From Candidatus Cloacimonadota bacterium (GTDB taxonomy: Bacteria > Cloacimonadota > Cloacimonadia > G963667145): a stretch of DNA of 64,000 nucleotides. Numbering within the stretch: position 1 is the first letter of the stretch; each line of letters starts with the position of its first letter. The notes under the pieces were generated by a model, which was given only the letters and a program-made list of their open reading frames with translations, did no database searches and was not told where the DNA came from. Shown in pieces: positions 9,577 to 21,000 of this stretch. The stretch lies in the NCBI GenBank assembly GCA_963676615.1, contig OY781092.1, positions 1,506,357-1,570,356 of the forward strand, given 5' to 3'. Both the position numbers and the translations under genes were made by a program.

Positions 9577-10773
9577 TTGAAATTTAACGAGATAGAAGAG
9601 GCGATAGCCGAGCTCAAGCGGGGGAAAATGGTGGTGGTGGTGGACGACGAAAACCGCGAGAACGAGGGCGATCTTTTGGTTTGTGCGCAGCACGCAACGC
9701 CGCAGGTTATCAACTTTATGGTCACACACGCCAAAGGGCTGGTTTGTGTGCCGATGACTCAGGGCAAGCTCGATAGTCTGGGGCTTCAGCCGATGGTCGC
9801 CAAAAATACCGACGCCAAAGGCACGGCGTTCACCGTTTCGGTCGATCACAAAGATTGCGCCACGGGAATTTCTGCGTTCGAGCGTTCTGGCACGATTCAG
9901 GCGCTTTTGGACAACAACAGCAAAAATCAAGACTTCACGCAGCCGGGACACATTTTTCCGCTGGCTGCCAAAGAGAATGGAGTTTTGCAGCGAGCAGGAC
10001 ACACCGAAGCGGCGGTGGATTTGGCGAGGCTTGCGGGGTGCAAACCTGCGGGAGTTATCTGCGAGATTATCTCTGCCGACGGCTCAATGGCGCGGGTTCC
10101 CGAGCTGATGGAGTTCGCCAAAAAGCACGCCCTAAAGATTATTACCATCGAAGATTTGATCGCCTATCGCAAAAAGCGGGAAAAGCTGGTCGAGGCGGTG
10201 GCTTCCGCAGAATTGCCGACGAAATTTGGCAATTTTCGGATGGTTGGCTATCGCGAAATTCACACCGGCAAGCACCACATCGCGCTGGTCAAGGGTAGCC
10301 CCGAAAAGCGCACGCCGTGCTTGGTGCGGGTGCATTCCGAATGCCTAACGGGCGACACTTTCGGCTCGCTTCGTTGCGATTGCGGCAGTCAGCTGGCTCT
10401 CTCGCTCCAGCAAATCGAAAAGGCTGGCACGGGCGTTTTTTTGTATATGACCCAAGAAGGCCGTGGCATCGGCATTTTGAACAAAATAAAAGCTTATGAG
10501 CTGCAAGACAGCGGAATGGACACCGTGCAGGCGAATTTGGCGCTTGGTTTTCCCGACGATTTGCGGGAATATAGCACTGGCGCGCAGATTCTCAGCGATT
10601 TGGGCGTCGGCAAAATGCGGCTGCTGACCAACAATCCCCAAAAAATTTCGGGACTTGCCAAATACGACTTGGAAATCGTGGAGCGAGTCCACATTCAGAT
10701 AAATCACAACCAAAAAAACGAGCACTATCTCAAAACGAAAAAAGAGAAAATGGGGCATTTGTTAAAATTTTAA
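9577..10773 (+). CDS. ribBA: Bifunctional DHBP synthase / GTP cyclohydrolase II
   Basis: [58 protein letters not shown] start with AAGGAGG RBS. Confidence 0.96.
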   Translation: MKFNEIEEAIAELKRGKMVVVVDDENRENEGDLLVCAQHATPQVINFMVTHAKGLVCVPMTQGKLDSLGLQPMVAKNTDAKGTAFTVSVDHKDCATGISAFERSGTIQALLDNNSKNQDFTQPGHIFPLAAKENGVLQRAGHTEAAVDLARLAGCKPAGVICEIISADGSMARVPELMEFAKKHALKIITIEDLIAYRKKREKLVEAVASAELPTKFGNFRMVGYREIHTGKHHIALVKGSPEKRTPCLVRVHSECLTGDTFGSLRCDCGSQLALSLQQIEKAGTGVFLYMTQEGRGIGILNKIKAYELQDSGMDTVQANLALGFPDDLREYSTGAQILSDLGVGKMRLLTNNPQKISGLAKYDLEIVERVHIQINHNQKNEHYLKTKKEKMGHLLKF

Positions 10774-10792
10774 AAAAATTTGGAGAAAAATT

Positions 10793-11254
10793 ATGAAAAT
10801 TTACGAAGGAAATTTGGCTGGCACAGGCGGAAAATTCGCCATTGTTGTCAGCAGGTTCAACGATTTTATCGGCGCAAGGCTTGTTGATGGAGCCGTTGAC
10901 GCCCTTGTGCGGCATCAGGTTGAGCCAGACGACATCGAAATCGTGAAAGTTCCCGGAGCTTTCGAGATTCCTCTTGCGGCGCAAAAATTGGCACTCAGCA
11001 AAAAATACGAAGCGATTATCTGTTTGGGCGCTGTGATAAAAGGGCAGACCAGCCACTACGAATTTGTCGGCGCCGAGGTCAGCAAAGGCATCGCCAATGT
11101 GATGCTGCAGACGGGAACGCCCGTGGTTTTTGGCGTGATTACGACCTTGACGCTGGAGCAAGCCATCGAGCGAGCTGGCTCAAAAGCGGGCAACAAAGGC
11201 GCAGAAGCGGCAATTTGTGCGCTGGAGATGGCTAACCTTCTTCGGCAAATCTAG
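10793..11254 (+). CDS. ribH: 6,7-dimethyl-8-ribityllumazine synthase
   Basis: [35 protein letters not shown]. Confidence 0.96.
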   Translation: MKIYEGNLAGTGGKFAIVVSRFNDFIGARLVDGAVDALVRHQVEPDDIEIVKVPGAFEIPLAAQKLALSKKYEAIICLGAVIKGQTSHYEFVGAEVSKGIANVMLQTGTPVVFGVITTLTLEQAIERAGSKAGNKGAEAAICALEMANLLRQI

Positions 11255-11275
11255 GGCAAAACTAAGGAGAGCAAA

Positions 11276-12223
11276 GTGAACAAAAAAAATCTGCAGTTGA
11301 TAATCGGCTGTTTGGCTGTGGGGCTTGCGGCGTCGATGTGGAGCGCCGACGGGCTGTTTATCCGTCCGCAATTTTACAAATTTCCGCCAGCGTTGGTCGT
11401 TTTTTGGGAGCATTTTTTCGGAGCCGTAATTATGCTGCCTTTCGCCATAAAATATTTTGGAGACATCAAGAGCCTGCAAAAAAAAGATTGGCTGGCAATC
11501 GGCTGGATTTGCTTGCTAGGCGGATTTTTGGGAACTTTGTTCATCACCAAGGCGTTTTTTGCCGCCGTTCACGGAGATGTCACTTTTGCCACCGTCGTCG
11601 TCCTGCAAAAACTTCAACCGATATTCGCGATTTTGATCGCTCGGCTCTTGCTCGGCGAAAAAATGGGCAAAACCTTCTACCTCTGGGCAGCCGTCGCCGT
11701 CGTTGCGACCTACTTCATCGCTTTCGGCAAATACGGACTAAACTTGCAGGAGATCGACTTCACGCACAGCGCCGCATTTTTCGCAGTTGTGGCTGCCTTC
11801 AGCTTCGGCTCTTCGACAGTCTTCGGCAAAAGAGTCGTCAGCGATTTGGACTTCAAAGCCGCAACCTCCTTGCGCTTCAGCTTCACCGCCATAATTGCGC
11901 TGCTCTACACCAGCTTTTCGGGACAAATCGCTCAAACTGCGGACTTTGCACCAACGCATTGGCTCTTCTTCGGCTTAATCCTTTGCACCAGCGGAGCGGG
12001 AGCGATTTTCCTCTACTATTTCGGACTAAAAAAAATTCCCGCGTCAATCGCTACGCTTTTTGAGCTCTTTTGGCCACTCACGGCAATTCTTTTGGACTAC
12101 ATCGTCTATGGACACACCCTCACTGCAACCCAGCTGGCTGGTTGTGCTGTGTTGATTTTGGCGCTGTTTTTCATCGTGCGAGACAGAGAAAAGGCTTTGT
12201 CGCTGGCGCTCCAAAGCAATTGA
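11276..12223 (+). CDS. impX: DMT/EamA-family transporter, ImpX-like predicted riboflavin transporter
   Basis: Ten-TM EamA pattern. LAASMWSADG, GGFLGTLFITKA and LQKLQPIFAILIARLLLGEK resemble, from recollection, the FMN-riboswitch-regulated ImpX of Fusobacterium. It is the last gene of the rib operon. Confidence 0.65.
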   Translation: MNKKNLQLIIGCLAVGLAASMWSADGLFIRPQFYKFPPALVVFWEHFFGAVIMLPFAIKYFGDIKSLQKKDWLAIGWICLLGGFLGTLFITKAFFAAVHGDVTFATVVVLQKLQPIFAILIARLLLGEKMGKTFYLWAAVAVVATYFIAFGKYGLNLQEIDFTHSAAFFAVVAAFSFGSSTVFGKRVVSDLDFKAATSLRFSFTAIIALLYTSFSGQIAQTADFAPTHWLFFGLILCTSGAGAIFLYYFGLKKIPASIATLFELFWPLTAILLDYIVYGHTLTATQLAGCAVLILALFFIVRDREKALSLALQSN

Positions 12224-12265
12224 AAAGTTACAATTGATAGTTGATAATTCTGCGCCAACCAGTCC

Positions 12266-12291
12266 CATTTCTCAGAACGCTGTTAGAGATG
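12266..12291 (+). repeat. 26-bp direct repeat, copy 1
   Basis: CATTTCTCAGAACGCTGTTAGAGATG, 24/26 identical to 14198-14223. Confidence 0.85.
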
Positions 12292-12738
12292 ATGTCTTAC
12301 CAGACGGGTCTCCATCTTTTCTTTGACCGCTCAAAGAAAATATAGAGGAGAAAAGAAAACCGCTCCGCTTCAATGCCAAAAGACGCTCCGAGTCACCAGA
12401 AAGAATAAAGTGTGGTCGTTCCCGTGTATTTTTCGCAAGATTTTGGATTTCTTTGGTTAGCGTTGCAGGCTCAAAAGGCAACAGTTCGTGTCTTTAGTCT
12501 TTCCTGAAGCGGAGGTTTCCGCCCCATCGCCAGTCTAGGCGAGCAAGCGGGTGGGACGGGTTAGCAATCATTCAAGTCTCAATTCGTCAAACTTGCTCAA
12601 ACGACTGAAGTTAGCTGGCTGTCCAAAGGATTTAATCTCTTACGAAAGGACTGCCCGACTTGATCTTAAAGCCTTTGCTACAGCCACAACGAACGAGTTT
12701 TGCAAGTTAGAATTTAGGCTTATGATTTGATTTTTTTT

Positions 12739-14054
12739 GGCACCGTCCAAAAAAGTGTGTCTAATCTCCAATTTGGTTTCCATTTTCTTAACTTTCTGGG
12801 AACAAAATTTTGTCAAATTTAAATTGATAAATCGGATAATTCAGATATTTATCGACCTTGTCCATCGCGACCTTGCTCAGCAGCAGTAGCACAGACTCAT
12901 CGCTGGGCATCGAGTTCCTGATTTTCAAAACTTTCCGAAACTGTTTATTCAAATTTTCGATCCAATTTGTGGTGTAAATCAGCCGCTGAATTCTGTGGTC
13001 AAACTCCAAAAAAGTGAAATAATAAACGACATCTTCTCTATTTGATAAGTTCCTGATAAATCGATACTTATCGCCCCATTTTTTTGCAAAATTATCCAGA
13101 TTTTTTAAAGCAATTTCTTTCGTATAGCGTTCTTGTTCGACGCAAAAAATTTCCTTCAAATCGTCGCTAATTTCGCTTTTATCACTATTCCTGACCTTAG
13201 CTAACAGACTCCTTTTAAAGTGAGTTACGCACTTTTGAAATTTCGCATTTTCAAAAACTTTGCTCACAACATTTTCCAGCCCAGCAAGACCGTCAGCCAC
13301 GACCAATTTTGTCGTTTGCAAGCCTCGCGACTTTAGGCGATTAAACAAGAATTCCCAGCCAGCAGCGCTCTCGGTCGGGATATTTTCGAGCGCCAAAATG
13401 TCTCTGCTTTTGTCCTCTCGGACGCCGACAACCACGCAAAAAGCCTCCGTTTCAACGCTGTCGAGCCGCCTCAATTTGGAATGTATGGCGTCAATCATAA
13501 TAATCGGATAGTTTTTTTCTAGCGGCCTATTTCGCCAATTTGTCAACAATTCTTTGAATTCTTGGCTGATATTGCTGATGGTCGATTTTTTGTAATTCGT
13601 GCCAAAAACATTTGCGAAAACATTCTCTATGTCTCTGGTAGACAAGCCTTTAGCATACAGCTGAAACGCCAATTCTCGTACTTCTTGCTCCTGCTTTTTC
13701 AAAATTTCCAAGATAAATGGATAAAATTGACCGAATCTGTCGCGCGGAATTTTGAATTGAATTTTGCCGCTGAGAGATGAAAAACACCTGCTGCGATAGC
13801 CGTTGCCTTTGTTGTTTGAGCTTTTGTTTTCCGCCATAAAAGCCTGTCTTTCCAGCTTCATAAGGCTGTTAAAAACGAACTCGATCAATTTATTCGCGCC
13901 ATAATCATTGACATTTTCGTCTAAAATTTTTTGTAGTTGACTTGCGTTAAATCGCATAAGAATCTCCTTTTTTGTTCTTTTTTTTATAAAAATTGGAGAT
14001 TCTTTTTTTGTGTCTAGTTTTTTTTGCTGCAGACACACTTTTTTGGACAGTGCC
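12739..14054 (-). mobile_element. IS256-family insertion sequence, 1316 bp, apparently intact
   Basis: 24-bp terminal inverted repeats GGCAC(C/T)GTCCAAAAAAGTGTGTCT at 12739-12762 and 14031-14054 (1 mismatch). Flanked by T8 on both sides (12731-12738, 14055-14062), consistent with an 8-bp target duplication. Confidence 0.95.
12788..13957 (-). CDS. IS256-family (Mutator-type) DDE transposase
   Basis: NGYRSR, IPRDR, GLSTRDI, MIDA, VADG, QKCVTH and YTTNWIENLN motifs. The ATG at 13957 has an AAGGAG RBS. Confidence 0.95.
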   Translation of the reverse strand: MRFNASQLQKILDENVNDYGANKLIEFVFNSLMKLERQAFMAENKSSNNKGNGYRSRCFSSLSGKIQFKIPRDRFGQFYPFILEILKKQEQEVRELAFQLYAKGLSTRDIENVFANVFGTNYKKSTISNISQEFKELLTNWRNRPLEKNYPIIMIDAIHSKLRRLDSVETEAFCVVVGVREDKSRDILALENIPTESAAGWEFLFNRLKSRGLQTTKLVVADGLAGLENVVSKVFENAKFQKCVTHFKRSLLAKVRNSDKSEISDDLKEIFCVEQERYTKEIALKNLDNFAKKWGDKYRFIRNLSNREDVVYYFTFLEFDHRIQRLIYTTNWIENLNKQFRKVLKIRNSMPSDESVLLLLSKVAMDKVDKYLNYPIYQFKFDKILFPES

Positions 14055-14143
14055 TTTTTTTTGGTGTTACCTTATTTTTGTTCAGACAAAAAAAGGTAAC
14101 GAATAAGCCCTCTGATAAGAGAAAAACTCTGCGACTCTTGTAA

Positions 14144-14415
14144 AGATTGCGGGTCGCCGCCCGCAATGACGAAGGGTTGGTAGTCGCCTCCTAGCCTCAT
14201 TTTTCAGAATGCTGTTAGAGATGGATTCCCTCTTTCGATGGAATGAGGGAGAAGTTCAAGAAGCCCAAGGCACGCCTTGGCGTCTTGGGAAAACACAAGC
14301 CCCAAGCCCCCCTCATTCCTGCGCAGGCAGGAATCCAGACACTTCTTGCTTTGCACGGACAAAAAAAAGGGAGCAATCCCTTTCATTTCTGCTTATGCTT
14401 CGACTACGCTCAGCA
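14144..14415. repeat. Cluster of REP-like palindromes (CGTC/CCTC-tagged type)
   Basis: 14144-14171 (minus strand CGTCATTGCGGGCGGCGACCCGCAATCT); an inverted pair 14220-14248 and 14311-14337 of the CCTCATTCC-n-GGAATCCA type; hairpin at about 14264-14289; 14396-14415 (minus strand TGCTGAGCGTAGTCGAAGCA). Confidence 0.7.
14198..14223 (+). repeat. 26-bp direct repeat, copy 2
   Basis: CATTTTTCAGAATGCTGTTAGAGATG, 24/26 identical to 12266-12291. Confidence 0.85.
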
Positions 14416-14841
14416 AACGCTCGTTTTACCAGAAAGAAAACCACAAAATCTCCCAATTTCCTCAAAAAATCGTCAAATTTTCACAAAATTTACAAATTGC
14501 AAAAAAATAAAAATTTCCCTAAAAAACCAAAAAATCGTTACTTCTTATTTATAAGAATTTAAGAAAAATCAAAAAATTGGCTAAAAAATAAAAAATAGCT
14601 GTAACTATCAGAAAAGAAAGGAAATAGCTGTCTTGAAAAAATTTTACTGAAAATCGCAAAATTTGCTTTTTTTCAGTGGTTTTTCTTTGTCGATTTTGTT
14701 TCTTATCTCTTTGTTTTTGTGTTTTTTATGGGTTTTTGTTGTGGACAACTTGTTTTTTTGTGTGCATTTTTGTGTTTTTGGTGAAGCTATGTTGTTGTTT
14801 TATAATAAAATATAAAATGTGCTTAAAAGAGCAAAAAAAGT

Positions 14842-14870
14842 TTGACAAAAACTACACGGCATACCAGCTT
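14842..14870 (+). promoter_or_regulatory. Candidate sigma70-type promoter of giant gene 1
   Basis: Perfect TTGACA, 17-nt spacer, non-canonical CAGCTT; AT-rich upstream region. Confidence 0.4.
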
Positions 14871-15032
14871 GGATAGTATCGGGGAAATGTGTATGCCCGA
14901 ATTTTGATAAAAAGGTTGATAGAAAGTTGGTAACTATATTGTTTTTTAAGCAGATAGAAAAAAATAGAAAAAAGATAAGATTGTTAAAAATGACATCTAA
15001 CTTATGCGATTTTATAAAGAAGGAGACACTGT

Positions 15033-18000
15033 ATGGGTGCGTATAGTAGGCAGAGAAAAATGAAAAAGATTCTACTAGCTTTATTTTTGTTTATATCCAT
15101 TTTTGTGGGTTGTACGATGAATCCAGAAAAGGATATATCTAGTCCGAATGCTTCTGCATCCAGAGGGCTGTATGACGACAAGATTGTTGTGCAGTGGGAG
15201 GGTGTTTCTGGTGTTTCGCAATATGAGGTTTGTCGTTCAGCGGTAAACTCCAACAATTTCTATGACGATTATGACGCCATAGGGACTGTTACAGGGACTC
15301 GCTACGAAGACGCTAGTCCGAACTTAATCCCAGGCAAGCTCTACTATTACAAAGTTCGCTCTATCAGCGGCGACACGAAGTCACTCCCTCGCAGAACTCC
15401 AGCGATTGGACAGCTGAAGGTGCCAGACCTTGAGAATGTGGAGGTTTCCAAAGGGACTTTTGACAATCAAATTGGCGTCACCTGGACTGTTCCTCGAAAA
15501 ATCATAAGAGGAGCGTCGGAAGGACTGCTGGGCTATGCGTTGATCAACTATTCTGATAATGAGAAAAATGTGACCACCAACAGTGTTAGAATTCCGTTTT
15601 CCGAGCTAAAAGGAAGCGAAGGACAAAGCTTTGAAGATCAAATAATTCGAGGGAAAGTTTACTATTTCAAGACTCAAATAGTTGTGATCGACGGAGAAGA
15701 GACAGGCTCGGAAGGAACAGCTATCGATTCTGGCTGGACGACAGTTTCGTCGCCAGCGATGGTGTATGCGACCAAGGGCGAATTCAGCAACAAAATCCAA
15801 ATCACATGGGACGAAGTGTTCGGGATACAAGGTTATGAAATTTTGTATAGTGACGATGATGGGGCGAGCTATGAACACCTAGTGGACATCTCAACTGTGA
15901 TGGCAGAGTTTGATGAACAAGAGTATGTCTGGGATGGCCCAATCAAGGGTAAAGAGTATCGCTTTAGAGTTATTTGCGTTGACCGCAATGGCGAGGCAAC
16001 AGGTCCGAACAGCGGAGAAGACACGAAAAATAAAGAGGGTGTTTACAACAACTTGGGTTACACTCAATACGCTCAGCCGATAATCAACGAAGTGACCAAA
16101 GATTCGGTAGATTATGTCCGAATTAAGGTTACTACGGAAAAACCTGAAGCTGGCGAAAGATTGGTGGTGCAACTTTATCGCAGGGCGCTTGGTTCTGAGG
16201 TTGTCGAAAAATTGCAAGACGCCACGGCGATGGTTACCACAACCGCAGGTAATGGAACGGCGACTCTTGAGGATAATACCTTTACGGGCAACATTCCAGG
16301 AAGAAAATATTACTACTCGGTTACTGTTTACAAAGATGACGGCGGAAAAGTTGTGGGCGAGTCTAAACGCTCGGTTGATCAGGACGGATGGTCGGCGATA
16401 GAGCCTCCGTTCAATATTAGCGCCACCAGAGGCAAAGATAGCGTTGTGGTTCGCTGGACAAAAGTGCAGTATGCGAAGTCTTATATCGTGCTTCGTCAAG
16501 ATTTCAACACGAAAGAGTGGACAGAGCTGCCTCCAATCGAGACAAATCCGAATGTGGACGAGATGAGTTTGGTGGAGGATAAATACGACATTGAGTCGGG
16601 CGTGAAGTATATCTACAAGGTGCGTTCGAAAAACGATGTTGAGTCTGCCGATTCAAAATTCGATTCTGGCTGGATTAAGATTTTGCCTCCTACGCAATTT
16701 AGGTCTGTGGGCGTTTATCTAAACTATGTTCAACTGGAGTGGGAGCTTGTTAATCACGCAAGGCGCTATATGTTGTATCGCAAAGTGAAAGACGATCCAG
16801 GCGCTTTTGTGGCTATCGATACCGTCTCTGGCGAAACAGGGAGCTATCAAGACACAGGATTGGCTGAGGCGACAGAGTTCCTCTATCAAATTCAAACAGA
16901 GAGCGAGATACCATCTCTTTTGGCTGGTCAAGAGTATGAGATGTCGGACAGAGCTTTGATTGAGTCTAGCGCGAAAACATTGCTGCCGGCTCCTGTTTTA
17001 GACTCCGCTTCTCATAATCTGAAAGACGAGATTGTTCTCTACTGGCGCACGAAACCAGGACAGCTGTATAATGTTTACTACGAAGACGAAACTGGCGGAT
17101 GGGTGGATGTTGCCACTGGTATTAGCGACTCCACAGTGACATTGCAACCAGGTATCATCGATTTAACTTTTGGTAGAGTCTATAATTTTGTGCTGACCAC
17201 AACCAAAGGCGACGCATGGGGAGAGTCCGACAGAAGCAACAAGGTTGAAAGTTATATGAGGCTTGATTCTGCTTTCAATCTAGAAGCAGGAAAAGACAAC
17301 GAGACCAAAATCACCCTTACTTGGGAAGTGATTCCAAATAGTGGCGCAGAGTATTATCAAGTGTATAAAACTACCACTGAAGATTCGCTGAACTTTACAC
17401 CTCTTGCGGCTGTAAAAAAAGGCACACAAATAAGATACACATATAACGACGAGAGCAAATCGCTAAACAGCAAATACAAGTATCTCTATAAAATTAAATC
17501 TTTCCGCTCCGACTACGCAAGGGTTGAGCCAGAAGACCTGCGATTTTCTAATGTTGACACAGGTTGGGTAACAATTCAGCCGCCGTATTTCGATCGGGCG
17601 AGTTTGGCGATAGATAACGACACCATCAAGATTTACTTTAAGGAAAACAGCAGTGGAACTTACAGGATTTACTATAGGGAATCGAGAGACGGCGAAGATT
17701 TGTTCTTTAAGCAGATAGAAACCGAAGACGCAACAAATCTGGGCAATAGCAACTACAGCTATACAATCGCCACATACAAAGGAGCTTCTGTTACAGGAGG
17801 CATAGATTGCGATTCGGGGCAAGTTTTGTATTTCGCGATGTCGTCTTATGGATTGGGCAGGGAGTCGAAAAAAACAGAGTTCAAGCCTGGCTTCACGATA
17901 ATTCCTACACCAGAGTTTAATCCTGGAGCTACCAAGGGCGAGGCAAACAAAATCGAGGTTAAGTGGAATCCGCTAAAGATAGCAGACAACACTATCAGGT

Positions 18001-21000
18001 ATCAGGTTTTTAGAATCAACACCCAAAACGACGAAGAACTTTACACTGTTGAAAATAACAACGGAATATTTTTGGACCAAGGTGAAGATCTCAGAGAAGG
18101 ATTCAAATACACTTATCGGGTAAGAGCGATAAACACCACCGCAGAGATAGCAGTGCAAACGGCGTATCCAGAGGAGTCTTTGGAGAGCACGCAGTCGAAT
18201 TTCTCGGATACCACCACTGGATACAGCAAGTTGATGCCAGTGTTGGATTTGCGCGCTACAGGTCCCGAAGGCACAGCGATAAATGAAAAAGTTGATGTGA
18301 CTTGGGATCCAAAAGGCGATAGAGTCAGCTATGTGATTGCTCGCTCTTTGCAATCTCCGATTAAGTGGGACACGATTTTTAGCGGAAGTTCTGCGACAGG
18401 AGAGTTCGAAGATCTTACCGCCGAAGGCAACAAAATTTACTACTACAAAGTTGCAGTTTCGACCGAAGATTATCCGAAAATTGTTGCCGTCTGTGATAGC
18501 GTTGTGGGTTATGTCAGACCACTTCCGCCAGCAAATGTGGAAGCTTCAAAAGCAAAATATGCAGACAAGATTGAAGTAACCTGGAAAAAGCCTTTGCTGG
18601 TAACGGCGTATCAGATTTGCAGATATAACGAACTTGGCGACTCCACCATAATGAGCAGAGACACAGCTGAGGTAATAACTCGCAACGATTCTGTGTTCTT
18701 CGGCGATAGCCAGGTGGAAAAAGGATACTCATACACCTATAAAGTTAAAGCGATTTCTGGCGATATGGGAGAAACCGATTACAGCGATATTAGTGATGAT
18801 TACAAGAGAAAAAAAGCTACTGGTTATACAAAAATGCCGACGGTGGAAAACATTGTTGCCACAAAAGGCGAGTATGAGGACAGCATCGTTATCACTTGGG
18901 ACGACATTCCTGTTGCGAACAACTATTTGGTGCAAAGGTCTAGAGTGGGCGCAACGAGCTCTTCGGACACTATTCAAAAATCGACGACAAACAATAGGTG
19001 GGTTGCCCTCAAAGGCGAAGGGCTTGTTGATGGGCAAAAATACGAGTATCGAGTAGCAGCTCAAAAAGGAACGAACCTTTCTCACAACTGGCAGGCAGAT
19101 TTTGATGAAGGTTGGTTGATGCTGGCTGGACCTACAAATGTGAAAGCGAGCAAAGGTCTTCCAGATTCGATAATCGTTACTTGGGACACTTTGCGGACAG
19201 TGACCGATGTGCAGGAGTATCAAGTTTGGAAAAAGGCAAAAGCAAATGCAGGCGAGCAAGATCAAGAGCTTGCTAGCGGTTTGTCGCCACAGACAAAGAG
19301 TTGGGTTTTTCACGCATCGGAAGACGAAAAAGGCGCAAGCATCGGATTTTATATCAAAGCCGTTAGTGCCGAATTTGGGACAAGCGCCAACAGTGAGGTT
19401 GCCAAAGGATATACAGAGCTAGAGCCAGTGACCGAGTTCAAAGCTTCTCCATGTGCGCCAGATAGTGTGCTGGGCAACTCTATCATCCTCACTTGGTCAA
19501 CTTCCAAAACTTCCGACAGCACCATAATTGAAAAAATGGTTGGAAATCAGTGGCAACTTCTAAAAACTTTTGACGCAACAGTTCTCGATTATAAAGACTT
19601 GGGATTAACCGAGGGAAGAGAGTATCGGTATAGAGCGCAAGCCAAAAAAAGACACGAAGACGGGAACGAACTGTATTCGGATTATGTGTATGCCGATGCG
19701 ACCATCAGCATTCCTCTTATCAGTTTTGACACAATCACAAAATCGAAATATCTTTCGGATGTGGAGCTTACTTGGAAAGGGCTACAATCTGGCAAAGAGC
19801 TTAGATTTGAGATTTTTGTGTTCCAAAACGAGGCGGACTATAGCACAAATAGCAATGTTTACGACACTTTAAAGGTCGAAGAAAACAGCAAGTCATACTA
19901 CAGATTTAAGCATAACACGGTATCTGCTTCTCCAGGCAAATTTATGTCGGGAACAAAATACTATTACAAAATCAGAACTCAAACGACTCCAGGCGGAATT
20001 TGGTCTGAATTGACTCAACCAGAAGACGGCAAGCCAAGCTACGGTTGGGCAAAGACACCGGCACCATCGATGTCGCTCGTGAGCAAAGACTCTATTGCGG
20101 CGATATATCTGGAGTGGAATCCGAACAGTGCTGCGAAAAAATTTGAGATTGAGAGATACTTCAAATACCCAGACAAAGAGGCTGTTAAAACCTACCTTGT
20201 AAACGAGAATAGCTTTAAAGATGTCCAAAATCTTTTCACAGGACACGAGTATGGCTACAAGCTCAGAGCGATTAACGAAAATTGCGAAAACGACACATCT
20301 GCTTGGACGGTAGAGCTTGTCGGAATGGCGAGATTGCTGCCTCCGATAGGTGTGACGGCGAGCGACGGAACGCTAGAGGACACAATCTTGGTTACTTGGG
20401 ATACGCCGAAAAACGCCTCTAACCCAAGCTATGGCGCAACGATATACAAGGTGTATCGCAGTCAGATAAAAGATCCTGAAAAGATGTCGCTATTGGGTGA
20501 CACCATTTTGACAAACTGGGATTCAAATTCGAGCAAAACGATCACTTTTGTGGACGAGTTGACGACCAAAGAGCTCGGAAAGATGTATTATTATGGATTG
20601 AAGTCGCAAGTTGGAGCGGAAGTCTCGGAGATGAGCATTATCGATTCTGGCTGGGCAAAAATTCCTGCACCTATCTTTACAAAGATTACAGCTCGCGATG
20701 GAGGATTTAAGCTAGAGGACGATAGCATCAGAGTGCAGTGGCAAGATCCGAGTGTGCTTAGCCTAGGCAGCATAACTTATGAGATCGAATACAGAATAGG
20801 CGAAGCGACGGCTGTTTCTATGAGCGGAATTGCCGAGGGCTCCACCGAAAAAGCTCTGTATATCGCTCCCGACGAGAGGTTCAACAAAATTTATGTCAGA
20901 ATCAGATCAGACAGAGAGACTTTTGGCAAGTCGATGTGGTCGCAGTGGGTAGAAACTTACACAAATATGCCTAAACCTGTGATTAGAGATGTGATAGTTA

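Noticed and set aside
8869..10002. 377-aa minus-strand ORF, and the 8732 start given for ribE
   Set aside because: The ORF is antisense to ribE/ribBA. Riboflavin synthase begins at the conserved MFTG (8897), which has an RBS.
12266..14415. Possible CRISPR array or integron attC array
   Set aside because: Only two copies of the 26-mer, no regular repeat-spacer period, and no cas or integrase genes.
14204..14876. Small ORFs of 60-117 aa between the IS and giant 1
   Set aside because: They are translations of REP-like palindromes and A- or T-rich low-complexity DNA, with no convincing RBS.
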